64,000 nt of DNA from Gemmatimonadales bacterium (GCA_036741715.1 DAINRR010000010.1:136-64135); one strand, 5' to 3'; counted from the stretch's first letter, positions 30,003 to 39,804 are shown. Notes: generated by a model from the letters alone, not told the origin. Program-made: numbers and translations.

Positions 30003-31235
30003 GTGCCGGCATCGATTCGAATCCCGCGCCGCAATATCGCGTTGCTGCTGGCGGCAGCGGCGTGCGCCCCATCGGAGCCGGCATCCGCCCCGGTATCCGT
30101 TCGAGACAGCAGCGGCATCCGCATCGTCGAACACGACATGGCGCAGCTCACCGCGACCTGCAGGGCGGATTCGGTTCCGTCACTCACGATCGGGGTGGCG
30201 GAGGGTCCGGAGGAGTACCAGTTCCATCGCATGTTCGGCGCGACGCAGTTGTCCGATGGCCGAATCGTGATCGTCAACCAGGGCAGTGAGGAAATCCGCT
30301 ACTACGCCCCCGACGGAGCGTTCCTGCGGCGGGCTGGGCGTGCAGGGCAGGGCCCCGGCGAGTTCTCCAACGCCTTCTACCTCTGGCCCGCGCGCGGCGA
30401 CACGGTCTTTGTCGGCGACTACGATCCGTGGCAGTTCGAGGTCTTCGCGCCCGACGGAACATGGCTCCGCAGCGTGCAGCCATCACCGGCGTACGTGAAT
30501 TCGCCCGGCGTCATCGTCGTGCTCGCAGACGGCAGGTCCGTGCTCGCCGAGGATCCTTTCCCCCTGTCGCGGGGACCCGGATTCGAGATGCAGGAGTACG
30601 TGCTCGTCGTCCACGCCGCCGACGGCACGCTGCTCGACACGCTGTTGCACCTTCCGAACGCCAGACTCGGCACGCTCGATGGGAGGCCGGAGAGCGTGCG
30701 GATCTATCCGCTGTTCGAGTCCTTCGCCGAGGTGGCGGGACGCGGCGCGCGGCTGGCCGTGGGCCACGGTTCCCGGCCGGAGCTGCAGCTGTATGCCGGC
30801 GAGACCGGGCTCACGCTCGAATCGATCATCAGGTGGTCCGGCGACGATCGTTCGATCACGCCGGACGCCATCGATGCCGCACGGGCGAGCCTTGCCGTGA
30901 TGTATCCCGATATGAGGGAGGATGAGCGAAAGCATTTCGTCGGGCCCCTGATCGACCCGGCACGGCCCGTAGCCGACAGCTTTCCGGCGTTCCAGGAAGT
31001 GATGATCGGGAGCGACGGCCGGATCTGGGTGCAGCAGTACCGTCGGCCGGGCGACGAGATCGAGCAGCGGTGGATGGCGTTCGACCCTCGGGGTCGTTTT
31101 GCCTGCAGGACGGCCGTGCCGGTGGGCGAAGAGGTGCTCGAGTTCGGCGACGACTTAATCCTGGTCGAGGATCCGGACCCGGATGGCGTGGAACGGGTAT
31201 CGCGGCTCAGGCTGGGATCACTTCAGTCGGAGTGA
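30003..31235 (+). CDS. Putative lipoprotein, beta-propeller-like
   Basis: Lipobox AAAC; GRAGQGPGEF motif typical of 6-bladed propeller proteins. Confidence 0.7.
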   Translation: MPASIRIPRRNIALLLAAAACAPSEPASAPVSVRDSSGIRIVEHDMAQLTATCRADSVPSLTIGVAEGPEEYQFHRMFGATQLSDGRIVIVNQGSEEIRYYAPDGAFLRRAGRAGQGPGEFSNAFYLWPARGDTVFVGDYDPWQFEVFAPDGTWLRSVQPSPAYVNSPGVIVVLADGRSVLAEDPFPLSRGPGFEMQEYVLVVHAADGTLLDTLLHLPNARLGTLDGRPESVRIYPLFESFAEVAGRGARLAVGHGSRPELQLYAGETGLTLESIIRWSGDDRSITPDAIDAARASLAVMYPDMREDERKHFVGPLIDPARPVADSFPAFQEVMIGSDGRIWVQQYRRPGDEIEQRWMAFDPRGRFACRTAVPVGEEVLEFGDDLILVEDPDPDGVERVSRLRLGSLQSE

Positions 31236-31247
31236 GGGAGCGCGCGC

Positions 31248-31613
31248 TCAGGCGTCGGTCGGCGCCGTCAGTGTCTCGTGAACGACGTTCCCGGTGTTCC
31301 GCACGCCGAGCGGCTCGAAGAGGAGGAGGGTCACTTCCTCCTCCGCGACCGGCCGGTGCTCGACCCCGTGCCCCACGATGAGGAACTCCCCCGGTCCGAT
31401 CTCCCGCGCGCCCTCCCTGAATTCGATCCGGAGCCGCCCCGAGATCACGAGGAAGAGCTCGTCCTCGGCTTCGTGATGGTGCCAGACGAATTCGCCCTTC
31501 ACTCGCACGAGCTTGACCGCCTGTCCGTTCAACTCCCCGACGAGCCTGGGCCGCCAGTGCTCGGTGATCGCTCCGAGGGCCGCCTCGAGGTTCACGACAT
31601 CCGGCAGGCTCAT
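31248..31613 (-). CDS. Cupin domain protein
   Basis: GEFVWHHHEAEDELFLV...GVEHRP cupin motifs. Confidence 0.92.
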   Translation of the reverse strand: MSLPDVVNLEAALGAITEHWRPRLVGELNGQAVKLVRVKGEFVWHHHEAEDELFLVISGRLRIEFREGAREIGPGEFLIVGHGVEHRPVAEEEVTLLLFEPLGVRNTGNVVHETLTAPTDA

Positions 31614-32182
31614 CCCGCCGCCTCGTACGCCGCCGCGATCCAGCGGAGGAGCTCATCGTCCACCTGGGAGGGCTCGATCACTCTCACCTTGTAGTTGCAC
31701 ATCTGCCCGGCCGGCAGCGCTTCGAGTCGCGCGGTTCCGGTCAGCCCCTTCACGTTGAGTCCGACCTCGATTCGCGAATTGGTGGCTGGTCCGATCGTCG
31801 CGAACTGCTTTCTGCGCCGGTAGCTGATGTAGGCCTTCTTCGGCGCTTCCTCGAATTCGCCGAAGGTCCGAATCGCCTTCAGCAGGGCCTCGTGAATCGG
31901 GCGGAGCGTGGCTTTCGGACCGGCATAGAGGTCATCGAGCGCCTGCGCGGGAGTCGGGTCACCCACGCCGGCGCCCGAGGCTTCCGCCTTGCGGATCGAG
32001 TGCACCAGCGTGTTGGCATCGCCGTGTCCCATCCCGAGCTGCGACTTGAGCATGGCGACGATCTCGCCATGCTTCGTCAGCCGGCTCTGCTGCACGACCT
32101 CCGTGAGCTCGGCGAGGGACTTCCCGGTGCGTTTTTCGATGTTGGCGAGCTGGGTGGCGACCGCCTTGTCGAGATCGGCCAT
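31610..32182 (-). CDS. DUF4287/DUF5655-like protein
   Basis: NIEKRTGKSLAE...LKSQLGMGHGDANTLV then PKKAYISYRRRKQFA; GGAG RBS. Confidence 0.8.
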   Translation of the reverse strand: MADLDKAVATQLANIEKRTGKSLAELTEVVQQSRLTKHGEIVAMLKSQLGMGHGDANTLVHSIRKAEASGAGVGDPTPAQALDDLYAGPKATLRPIHEALLKAIRTFGEFEEAPKKAYISYRRRKQFATIGPATNSRIEVGLNVKGLTGTARLEALPAGQMCNYKVRVIEPSQVDDELLRWIAAAYEAAG

Positions 32183-32263
32183 GAGGCGACTCCGTCTGGA
32201 AGGTGATGCGGTCCGGTCCGTGGCCTTACGGTGGTTTCGGCCGATTGGTGACCGCGCCGGGCC

Positions 32264-33373
32264 TCAGGCGGGAGCCCAGTCGGCGAGCGGGCTCGTGCGC
32301 TTGAGCGCCTCCGGGTGTGCCCGGAACCACGACTGCATCAGCAGGATCTCGTCGATCGACTCGAGCGGGAGGGCTCCGGTGGGCGGCGCGGGGCGGTCGA
32401 GCTCGGCCTGGACCACGGCACGGAAGGCCTCTTCCTCGATCGGTGTCGCCGGCCAGGGATACGAGGCACGCACGACACCCTGGCGCAGGACGTAGGCGCG
32501 GTCGTCGCCCCGGTCGCCCGGATCTCGATAGACGAAAGTGAGGAGGTCGATCGCCGAGCGTGCGCGGCTCGTCGCGGCGAGGAGCCATTCGAGCTGCTCG
32601 AAACGCTCGCGCCACCGACCTGCCAGCTCGAATTCCGCCTCTTCGGCCGCCCGGCTCATCTCCGTCACGACGCGGTCGATCGGCTTGATCGTCCGCCCCT
32701 CGAGAAACGCCGCGGCTGTCTCCACCCGTTGACGGTAGGCCCACTCCGCGATGAATCCGGCGCACGGCGCACCGCACGAGCCGAACTCGTGGCGGGGGCA
32801 CGCGGCGCGGCGGTCGGCGCCGAACAGGTCGGCCTGACCGGAAAACACCATGGGCATGTTCGCCGCGCAGTCCCGCAGACCGAGGAGGTCGTTGAGCGTG
32901 CGCACCGCCTCCTGCGTGCGCTCCATCGAGCGGAACGGCCCGTAGACACGCTCATCGCCTGCCGCGACCGCACTCCCTGCGTGGACCCGCGGCGCAGGGC
33001 CGCCGGAGATCTTGATGAGGACGGAGCGCCGGGTGCGGTTGAGCTTGAAGTTGAAGTGCGGGCGGTACTCGCGGATCTGGCGGAGCTCGGTAAGGAGCGC
33101 GGCGAACTCGCTCGGGACATAGGTCCACCGGATCTCGTGCGCCGCATAGAGGATGCGCGCCGCCTTGTCCGCGGGATACTCGGCCCGAAAGTAGCAGAGC
33201 AGCCGTGTCCGGAGCCGTTTCGCCTTTCCGACGTAGAGGATCTTTCCCGTCCCATCGATCATCTGGTACACCGCGGGCCGGTTCTCGGCCAGCGCGCGCA
33301 CCCGCGTGCGAAGGTGGTCGAGATCGGTCGCCGGCAGCGCCAGCAGGCGGGTGCGGCGCTTCAGTGCTGGCAT
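32264..33373 (-). CDS. GIY-YIG endonuclease, truncated UvrC/Cho-like
   Basis: PAVYQM...ILYVGKAKRLRTRLLCYF, ELRQIREYRPHFN, YGPF, four-Cys cluster and UVR coiled coil; no RNase H or HhH C-terminus. Confidence 0.85.
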   Translation of the reverse strand: MPALKRRTRLLALPATDLDHLRTRVRALAENRPAVYQMIDGTGKILYVGKAKRLRTRLLCYFRAEYPADKAARILYAAHEIRWTYVPSEFAALLTELRQIREYRPHFNFKLNRTRRSVLIKISGGPAPRVHAGSAVAAGDERVYGPFRSMERTQEAVRTLNDLLGLRDCAANMPMVFSGQADLFGADRRAACPRHEFGSCGAPCAGFIAEWAYRQRVETAAAFLEGRTIKPIDRVVTEMSRAAEEAEFELAGRWRERFEQLEWLLAATSRARSAIDLLTFVYRDPGDRGDDRAYVLRQGVVRASYPWPATPIEEEAFRAVVQAELDRPAPPTGALPLESIDEILLMQSWFRAHPEALKRTSPLADWAPA

Positions 33374-34188
33374 CGATGGCAGAACACGGTGGACCGCCCG
33401 TCGATGAGGTGTGTCAGCGTGAGCCGGGTGCCGCACCGGCGGCACGGCTCGCCTTCCCGGCCGTAGACCAGGAGCTCGAACTGGAAGTTTCCCTTCTCGC
33501 CGGTGCCGGTGCGGTAGTCGCGGAAGGTGGTGCCCTTCGATCGGATCGCCGCCGTGAGGATCCGGCGGACTTCGGCGTGGAGTGCGGCGTATTCGGCCGC
33601 CGTCACGCCTTTGGCAGGGCGCGACGGATCGATCCGCGCCGCGAACAGCGCTTCGTTCGCATAGATGTTCCCCACGCCCACCACGTATCGCTGGTCCATC
33701 AGCACCTTCTTGATCGCCTGGCGGGAGCGGCCGAGTCGTCCGGCGAAATCGTCTGCGGTGAATTCGGGGTCGAGCGGCTCGGGGCCGAGCGCCTCGTCGT
33801 ACTGCCGCCATGCCGCGTCACTCAGGAGGAGGAGTGTTCCGAGCCGCCGCACGTCCCGGTAGACGAGCTCCCGCCCGTCGTCGAGCGCCGCCCGGAGCAC
33901 GGCGTACCTGGCGTCCGCACCTGCCAGCGGCTCCTCCGCGATGAAGAGCACTCCGCTCATGCCCGGCTGGATCACGAGGCGGCGACCGGTGTCGAGCGCG
34001 AGGACGGCGTGCTTCGCGCGGCGCGACAGATCGACGACCTCGGCGCCCCGGAGCCCGGCGAGGAGGCGGCGGCGAGTGACATCCCGCAGGACATCGTCGT
34101 GAGAGAGGGCAGCCCGGAGAATCGTACGGCCCAAGAGCGCCGGGCGCAGGTCGCGCACGATCGTCTCGACTTCGGGGAGCTCGGGCAT
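33361..34188 (-). CDS. mutM: Formamidopyrimidine-DNA glycosylase
   Basis: MPELPEVET, RRAKH, DVRRLG, LGPEPL, GVGNIYANEALF and zinc finger CRRC...CHRCQ. Confidence 0.97.
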   Translation of the reverse strand: MPELPEVETIVRDLRPALLGRTILRAALSHDDVLRDVTRRRLLAGLRGAEVVDLSRRAKHAVLALDTGRRLVIQPGMSGVLFIAEEPLAGADARYAVLRAALDDGRELVYRDVRRLGTLLLLSDAAWRQYDEALGPEPLDPEFTADDFAGRLGRSRQAIKKVLMDQRYVVGVGNIYANEALFAARIDPSRPAKGVTAAEYAALHAEVRRILTAAIRSKGTTFRDYRTGTGEKGNFQFELLVYGREGEPCRRCGTRLTLTHLIDGRSTVFCHRCQH

Positions 34189-34214
34189 TCTTGATTGAAG
34201 ATAGGATGGGAGGG

Positions 34215-34254
34215 CGGAAGGACGGAAGGACGGAAAGACGGACAGACGGAAGGA
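34215..34254. repeat. Solo arm of 8-nt units (ACGGAAGG subtype)
   Basis: CGGAAGGACGGAAGGACGGAAAGACGGA (34215-34242) is an exact 28-nt reverse-complement match to 63552-63579. Confidence 0.85.
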
Positions 34255-34299
34255 TGCGTGGTCCGCCGGACGTGCGGCGAGCGTGTTCGCAGTGTTCGA

Positions 34300-35031
34300 T
34301 CAGTTCTGCGGGATCGTTTCGGCGGCAGCCTGCTGGTTGCGGTGAATGGACGGCCCCCGATCGCGGACGATCAGCGAGTAGCCGAGCCAGATGAGCAGAA
34401 GTCCGAGGAGCTCCGTGACGTAGAGGACCTCGGTGTATCCCATGCGGGTGTACATCCCGCCGATGCCCGGCAGGATCGCGCCGATGGCAATGGCGATGTT
34501 TCCCCACATGCGGTTCTCCGCGCCGATCTGGCGGAGGTACCTGCCGGCGGACCAGAAGGCGCCGCCGATGAGGAGGATCACGGCGTACAGGTTCACGAAG
34601 GGAGACACGAGCCGCACCCGGGGCCAGGCGAATACCTTGCCGCTCAACCGGAACGGCTCGACCAGCTCGTAGCTGATCGGCGAGGCGAGCACGAGCGCGG
34701 CTCCGAAGCCGATGACGAGGAGCAGGGCGATCGTGAGCCCGTCGGCGACGCGCCGCGGAAGGAGGAGGTACGCGGTTCCCTGCGCCAGCGGGGCGCCGCC
34801 GAGCAGGGCGCCCGTGATGTACCATGCGCGAAACACCGGCTCCTGCCATCCGAGCAAGGTGGTGAGGCTCTCGGTGAGCGTACCCGCGCCGTAGGCCACC
34901 AGCCCGAGGAACCACCAGAAGAGATATCTCGCGCCGGGCCGCCGCCGCCAATGCCGCCACAGCTGGACGGCAAAGACCGCCGACAGGATCGTCGTCAGGA
35001 TCGGGATGTAACTGATCAGCGAGAGGCGCAT
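34300..35031 (-). CDS. Hypothetical integral membrane protein (about 7 TM)
   Basis: Hydrophobic segments with AWYITGALLGGAPLAQGTAY; coding-like codon usage. Confidence 0.75.
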   Translation of the reverse strand: MRLSLISYIPILTTILSAVFAVQLWRHWRRRPGARYLFWWFLGLVAYGAGTLTESLTTLLGWQEPVFRAWYITGALLGGAPLAQGTAYLLLPRRVADGLTIALLLVIGFGAALVLASPISYELVEPFRLSGKVFAWPRVRLVSPFVNLYAVILLIGGAFWSAGRYLRQIGAENRMWGNIAIAIGAILPGIGGMYTRMGYTEVLYVTELLGLLLIWLGYSLIVRDRGPSIHRNQQAAAETIPQN

Positions 35032-35093
35032 GGTTCCGGGGCTCGAGGCACCCCGAACTTCGCCCGTCACCGCCCGCCTGTCACTCCGGAAGA

Positions 35094-36368
35094 TTACCGA
35101 GCGAGCCGCGCACTCTCCCGCCATCCGATATCCGGACGGAACTGCTTTCCCTCGAACTCGATGCGGGCGGCCGCTTCCCGGCTCAGACGCTGGGCATCGG
35201 TGAAGCGGTCCGCCACTGCGGTCACGTTGAGCACTCGCCCGCCATTGACGCGCAATGTTCCCTCGTCGTCGAGGCGCGTGCCGGCATGATAGACGGTCAC
35301 CTCGGCCGGGAGATCGTCCGGGATGCGGATGACCGCACCCTTCGCCGGCGCATCCGGATAACCAGCCGCGGCGAGCACCGTCGTCACCGCCGCGCGGGAG
35401 CCGGTGCGGAGCGGCCGGATCCCACCCCCGGAAGCGATCGACTCGAGGCACTCGGTGAGGCCTGCCTCGACGAGGGGGAGGACGACCTGGGCCTCCGGGT
35501 CCCCGAGGCGGCAGTTGAATTCCACTACCGAGGGCTCACCGCGGTCGATCATGAGGCCGGCATACAGGACACCCTGGAACGGCGTGCCCTGCCGGCGCAT
35601 TTCCGCGAGCGTCGGAAGCAGGATCCGGCCGGCGACGCGATCGAGCAGCTCGCGTGTCGCGATCGAGACCGGCGCATAGGCGCCCATGCCCCCGGTATTG
35701 GGACCGCGATCTCCTTCGAGGAGCCGCTTGTGGTCCTGCGATGGCGGCAGGAGCTCCACATCCTCACCATCGGTGAGCGCGAGGACCGACAGCTCCTCCC
35801 CGGCGAGGAACGCCTCGATCACCACCACCCGGCCCGCGTCGCCGAATGCGCCCGCACCCAGCATCGACTGCACGACGTCCCTCGCCTCACCGCGCGTGGC
35901 GCAGACGACGGCCCCCTTGCCGGCGGCAAGACCCGAGGCCTTCACCACGAGCGGCTCGTCCTGCCGGTCCACGAAAGCGAGCGCCTCGTGCAGGTCGGAG
36001 AACGTGCCGCTCGCCGCGGTGGGCACGCCCGCGGCGCGCATGACCTCCTTCGAGAACGCCTTGCTCGCCTCGAGCTGGGCCGCCGCTGCCGACGGACCGA
36101 ACACCGCGCGGCCCTCGGCGCGGAGTCGGTCGGCGAGGCCACGCGCGAGCGGGGCCTCCGGCCCGATGATCGTGAGCCCGATGCCGTACATGTCCGCGGC
36201 ATCGGCGATGCGGTCGATGTCGTCGGCCGCGATGGGGAGATTGGTGGCGACGGATGCGGTGCCGGGATTTCCCGGCGCGCAGTAGATCTCGGCGTCGGGG
36301 TTCTCGCGGCGAAGGGCGAGACAGAGCGCATGCTCCCGCCCCCCGCCCCCGACCACGAGCACCCTCAC
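35094..36368 (-). CDS. purD: Phosphoribosylamine--glycine ligase
   Basis: LVVGGGGREHAL, APGNPG, IGPEAPL, VKASGLAAGKG, QDHKR, NTGGMGAY, EFNCRLGDPE and GGRVL. Confidence 0.98.
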   Translation of the reverse strand: MRVLVVGGGGREHALCLALRRENPDAEIYCAPGNPGTASVATNLPIAADDIDRIADAADMYGIGLTIIGPEAPLARGLADRLRAEGRAVFGPSAAAAQLEASKAFSKEVMRAAGVPTAASGTFSDLHEALAFVDRQDEPLVVKASGLAAGKGAVVCATRGEARDVVQSMLGAGAFGDAGRVVVIEAFLAGEELSVLALTDGEDVELLPPSQDHKRLLEGDRGPNTGGMGAYAPVSIATRELLDRVAGRILLPTLAEMRRQGTPFQGVLYAGLMIDRGEPSVVEFNCRLGDPEAQVVLPLVEAGLTECLESIASGGGIRPLRTGSRAAVTTVLAAAGYPDAPAKGAVIRIPDDLPAEVTVYHAGTRLDDEGTLRVNGGRVLNVTAVADRFTDAQRLSREAAARIEFEGKQFRPDIGWRESARLAR

Positions 36369-37381
36369 TTCTGCTGGGCGTTCCGGAAGGCGTCCCGGGC
36401 TGCGCCGGCTGCGCGTCTGGCCGCGCCGGCCACCTCGCGGGCGAGCTCCTTCGCCTCGGTGGAGTAGTAGTCCTTCGCGGCCGTCATGTCGTCGCGGAAG
36501 GGACGGTCCTTTGCTTCCGCGCCCCGGCGCGTGTACTCGCCACGAAGAATGCGGTCGTATTCACCCGCGGCCACCCAGCGCTGGAGCTCGGCCGCGCGCA
36601 CGGTGTGCATCGGGTGTGTGAGTGCCAGCGTGTTGAGGATCTTGTAGACGATGTCGAGTCCTTCGTGCGCGTAGGCATATTCGTGCGCCTGCGTCATGAA
36701 CGCGTCGACGTTCATCTGGCCCGCGAACGCATCCCCCCGCCCGCCGCCGGCCATCTTCATGTCGAGCCGCTGGGCCATGACGATGTCCTGGCAGCCGAGG
36801 AGGCCGGCGCGATCGGAAGACAGTTCGGATTTCCTCGACCATTCGAGGAACGCGAGCCGGACCGGCAGGACCGCGAGCGCCGCCAGGGAGGGGAGGACGC
36901 CGAGACTCACGAGCGCGAGGATCGCGGCGATCGTGGTGTAGAGCGCGTGCCCGCTCATGACGTGTCCGAGCTCGTGCGCGAGGAGCGCGCGAAGCTCACC
37001 TTCGTCGAGGACCTCGAGCGCGGCCGAATGGAGCACGATGAACGGATCGTCCACGCCATACGCGCCGGCGTTGAAGAACGGCGTCTGGGAGACGTAGAGC
37101 TCCGGCACCTTCGGCCAGTCGAACGTCGTGCAGGTCTCGATGTGCAGCGTCCAGATGTGTGGAAACTGGTCGGGCCCCACCCGGACGGCGTTCCCCTGGA
37201 ACAGGAGCCGGATCCCGCGCTCGCCGCCGAGGAGCGCGATGACCTTCCGGATCACTTCATCCACCCCCGGGACGGCCCGAAGTGCCTGCAGCGCTGCACG
37301 ATCGGCCGGGTGTTCCCAGCTCACGGCCGCGATCTCCGGAAAGGTCTGGCGGGGTCGAGGTGCGGGTATGGATCCGCTCAT
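36365..37381 (-). CDS. M48 family zinc metallopeptidase
   Basis: WEHPADRAAL, HELGH zinc motif, ELSSDRAGLL and THPMHTVRA. Confidence 0.92.
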   Translation of the reverse strand: MSGSIPAPRPRQTFPEIAAVSWEHPADRAALQALRAVPGVDEVIRKVIALLGGERGIRLLFQGNAVRVGPDQFPHIWTLHIETCTTFDWPKVPELYVSQTPFFNAGAYGVDDPFIVLHSAALEVLDEGELRALLAHELGHVMSGHALYTTIAAILALVSLGVLPSLAALAVLPVRLAFLEWSRKSELSSDRAGLLGCQDIVMAQRLDMKMAGGGRGDAFAGQMNVDAFMTQAHEYAYAHEGLDIVYKILNTLALTHPMHTVRAAELQRWVAAGEYDRILRGEYTRRGAEAKDRPFRDDMTAAKDYYSTEAKELAREVAGAARRAAGAARDAFRNAQQK

Positions 37382-37450
37382 GGAATGCTCACGGGGTTCA
37401 GGATTCCGGCCCTACGAACGAACGGCCCGATTGTTTCATTGTGAACCAAT

Positions 37451-38623
37451 CTATCGCGATGCAGAAAATGCCTGGTCGAGGTCTGCGATCAGGTCGTCCG
37501 CGTCTTCGATTCCGCAGCTCAGGCGGATGAGGCTGTCCGTGAGCCCCATCGCCTCGCGCATCGGCTTCGGGACGGACGCATGCGTCATCGACGCAGGGTG
37601 ACCGATGAGGCTCTCGACGCCGCCGAGCGACTCGGCGAGAGCGAAGACCCTGGTCTTCTCCACGAACCGCCGTGCGCGGTCCGCGTTCCCCAGGTCGAGC
37701 GAGATCATCCCGCCGAAGCCGCGCATCTGCCGCTTCGCGAGCTCGTGCTGCGGGTGGTCGGCAAGCCCCGGATAATAGAGCTTCGTCGCCACCTTCGAGC
37801 TGGCGCACCACTCCGCCACGCGCCGGCCGTTCGCATCGTGCTGGCGCATGCGGAGCGGCAGGGTCTTCACGCCGCGCAGGGCGAGCCAGCAGTCCATGGG
37901 CCCGGGCACGCCGCCCGCGGCATTCTGGATGAAGCCGAGCCGCTCCGCCAGGTCGTCGCGCGAGGTGACGAGCATCCCGCCGACCATGTCGCTGTGACCG
38001 TTCAGGTACTTCGTCGTCGAATGGAGGACGATGTCGGCGCCGTGGCGGAGGGGCTGCTGGAAGTACGGCGTGGCGAACGTATTGTCCACGACGTACAGGT
38101 ATCCGTGCGCCTGCGTGAGGTCGCCCACCGCGGCGAGGTCGGCGAGCGCCATCATCGGATTGGTCGGCGTCTCGCAGTAGACCATCCGCGTGGCGGGAGT
38201 GAGGGCGCGCTCGACGTTCGCGATGTCCCGCATGTCGACGAACGTGAAGGTGAGGCCGAACTTCGTGTAGATCTGCTCCATCAGCCGGTGCGACCCGCCG
38301 TAGACGTTCTCTCCCGACACGACGTGATCGCCGGCCTTGAGCAGCTTGAGCGTCGCGTCGAGGGAAGCGAGGCCCGACGCAAAGGCGAATCCATGCTCGG
38401 CCCCCTCCAGGCTCGCGACGCACCGCTCCCATGCCTCCCGGGTCGGGTTCTGGGTGCGGGCGTACTCGTATCCCTTGTGCTTGCCGAGCCCCTCCTGCAC
38501 GTAGGTGGAGGTCTGGTAGATGGGAGTCATCACGGCGCCGGAAAGCGGCTCGCGGACCTGTCCGGCGTGGACGGCGCGGGTGCCGAAGGCGTGCTCGTGG
38601 TCGGTGGGGAGGATGCGCGTCAT
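37451..38623 (-). CDS. Cystathionine gamma-synthase/lyase (Cys/Met metabolism PLP enzyme)
   Basis: TRAVHAG, YEYARTQNPT, ETPTNP, DNTFATP, PLP lysine motif HSTTKYLNGHSD and AESLGGVESL. Confidence 0.95.
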   Translation of the reverse strand: MTRILPTDHEHAFGTRAVHAGQVREPLSGAVMTPIYQTSTYVQEGLGKHKGYEYARTQNPTREAWERCVASLEGAEHGFAFASGLASLDATLKLLKAGDHVVSGENVYGGSHRLMEQIYTKFGLTFTFVDMRDIANVERALTPATRMVYCETPTNPMMALADLAAVGDLTQAHGYLYVVDNTFATPYFQQPLRHGADIVLHSTTKYLNGHSDMVGGMLVTSRDDLAERLGFIQNAAGGVPGPMDCWLALRGVKTLPLRMRQHDANGRRVAEWCASSKVATKLYYPGLADHPQHELAKRQMRGFGGMISLDLGNADRARRFVEKTRVFALAESLGGVESLIGHPASMTHASVPKPMREAMGLTDSLIRLSCGIEDADDLIADLDQAFSASR

Positions 38624-38746
38624 CACATTGCTCGGCAAAGGGATGCGGAAGCGTAAGGACGCTTTCGGCGCGCGGCAAGCGCGTGTCTGGCGCCGTTGCC
38701 CCTGAACGCGGTGCCGGATAGCTTCGCAGGCGTGACAAAGGCTCTC

Positions 38747-39781
38747 ATGCCGGCTCCGGCCGCCGCCCGCTGCCTCCTGGTGGACGACGATGCGCAGGTG
38801 CGGTCCGTCCTCACGCGCCTCATCGAAGGCCAGGGGCTCCAGTGCCTGCAGGCGCCGAACGGCGCCGAGGCGCTCCGCATCCTCGAGGAGCAGGGGGAAG
38901 TCCCCCTCTGCATCACCGACATCTACATGCCGGTGCTCGATGGCGTCGGCTTCCTGCGGGAAGCGCGCCAGCGCTATCCCGACATGGCGGTCATCATGCT
39001 GACCGGCGTCGCCGAGGTCGCCACCGCCGTCGAGTGCCTGCAGATCGGCGCGATGGACTACATCTCGAAGCCGGTGATGCTCGACGAGGTCCGGATGCGG
39101 GTGGCCAACGCGCTCGAGAGGCGGGACCTCGTCCTCCAGAACCGGTTCTACCAGCAGTCGCTCGAGTCGCGCGTGCGGGAGCTCGACCTGCGCAACAAGC
39201 AGTCGCTCCTCAACGGCGTGGAGATGCTCGTGTTCGCGCTCGAGGCGAAGGACGCCTACACGAGCGGCCATTCGCTGCGGGTCAAGGAATTCGCGACGCG
39301 CACCGCCGTGCAGCTCGGCTTCACGGGCGAGCTGCTCGCCCAGATCGAGCTCGGGAGCAAGCTGCACGACATCGGCAAGATCGGCATCCGCGAAACGATC
39401 CTGAACAAGCCCGGGATCCTCTCGCCCGAGGAGTTCGAGCACGTGAAGCTCCACACCGTGCTCGGCGAGCGGATCCTGCAGCCGTTTCTGGCGGAGCAGC
39501 CGCCGGTGCTCCGGATCGTCCGGAGCCACCACGAGCGGCTCGACGGAACCGGGTTTCCCGACGGCACTGCCGGTGAGAAGATCCCCATCGAGGCCCGGAT
39601 CGTGGCGGTGGCGGATGCCTACGATGCCATGACGACGAACCGGGCGTACCGTCCGCCGAGGGATCCTGCGGGAGCGGTCGAGGAACTGCGGCGCGGAGCA
39701 GGGACGCATTTCGATCCGGACGTCGTCACGGCCTTTCTCCGGACCTATCCCGACCTGGCAACCCACCCGCTTCACGCCTGA
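38747..39781 (+). CDS. Response regulator with HD-GYP phosphodiesterase domain
   Basis: REC (LVDDD, TDIYMP, KP) followed by YTSGHS, LHDIGK, HHERLDGTGFP and ADAYDAMT. Confidence 0.93.
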   Translation: MPAPAAARCLLVDDDAQVRSVLTRLIEGQGLQCLQAPNGAEALRILEEQGEVPLCITDIYMPVLDGVGFLREARQRYPDMAVIMLTGVAEVATAVECLQIGAMDYISKPVMLDEVRMRVANALERRDLVLQNRFYQQSLESRVRELDLRNKQSLLNGVEMLVFALEAKDAYTSGHSLRVKEFATRTAVQLGFTGELLAQIELGSKLHDIGKIGIRETILNKPGILSPEEFEHVKLHTVLGERILQPFLAEQPPVLRIVRSHHERLDGTGFPDGTAGEKIPIEARIVAVADAYDAMTTNRAYRPPRDPAGAVEELRRGAGTHFDPDVVTAFLRTYPDLATHPLHA

Positions 39782-39804
39782 GCGCCCCACCGGAGCACGT
39801 CTCG

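Noticed and set aside
35035-35090. Direct repeat GTGAC(A/G)GGCG twice and a small hairpin upstream of the membrane protein gene
   Set aside because: Short, GC-rich and single-locus; not distinguishable from chance.
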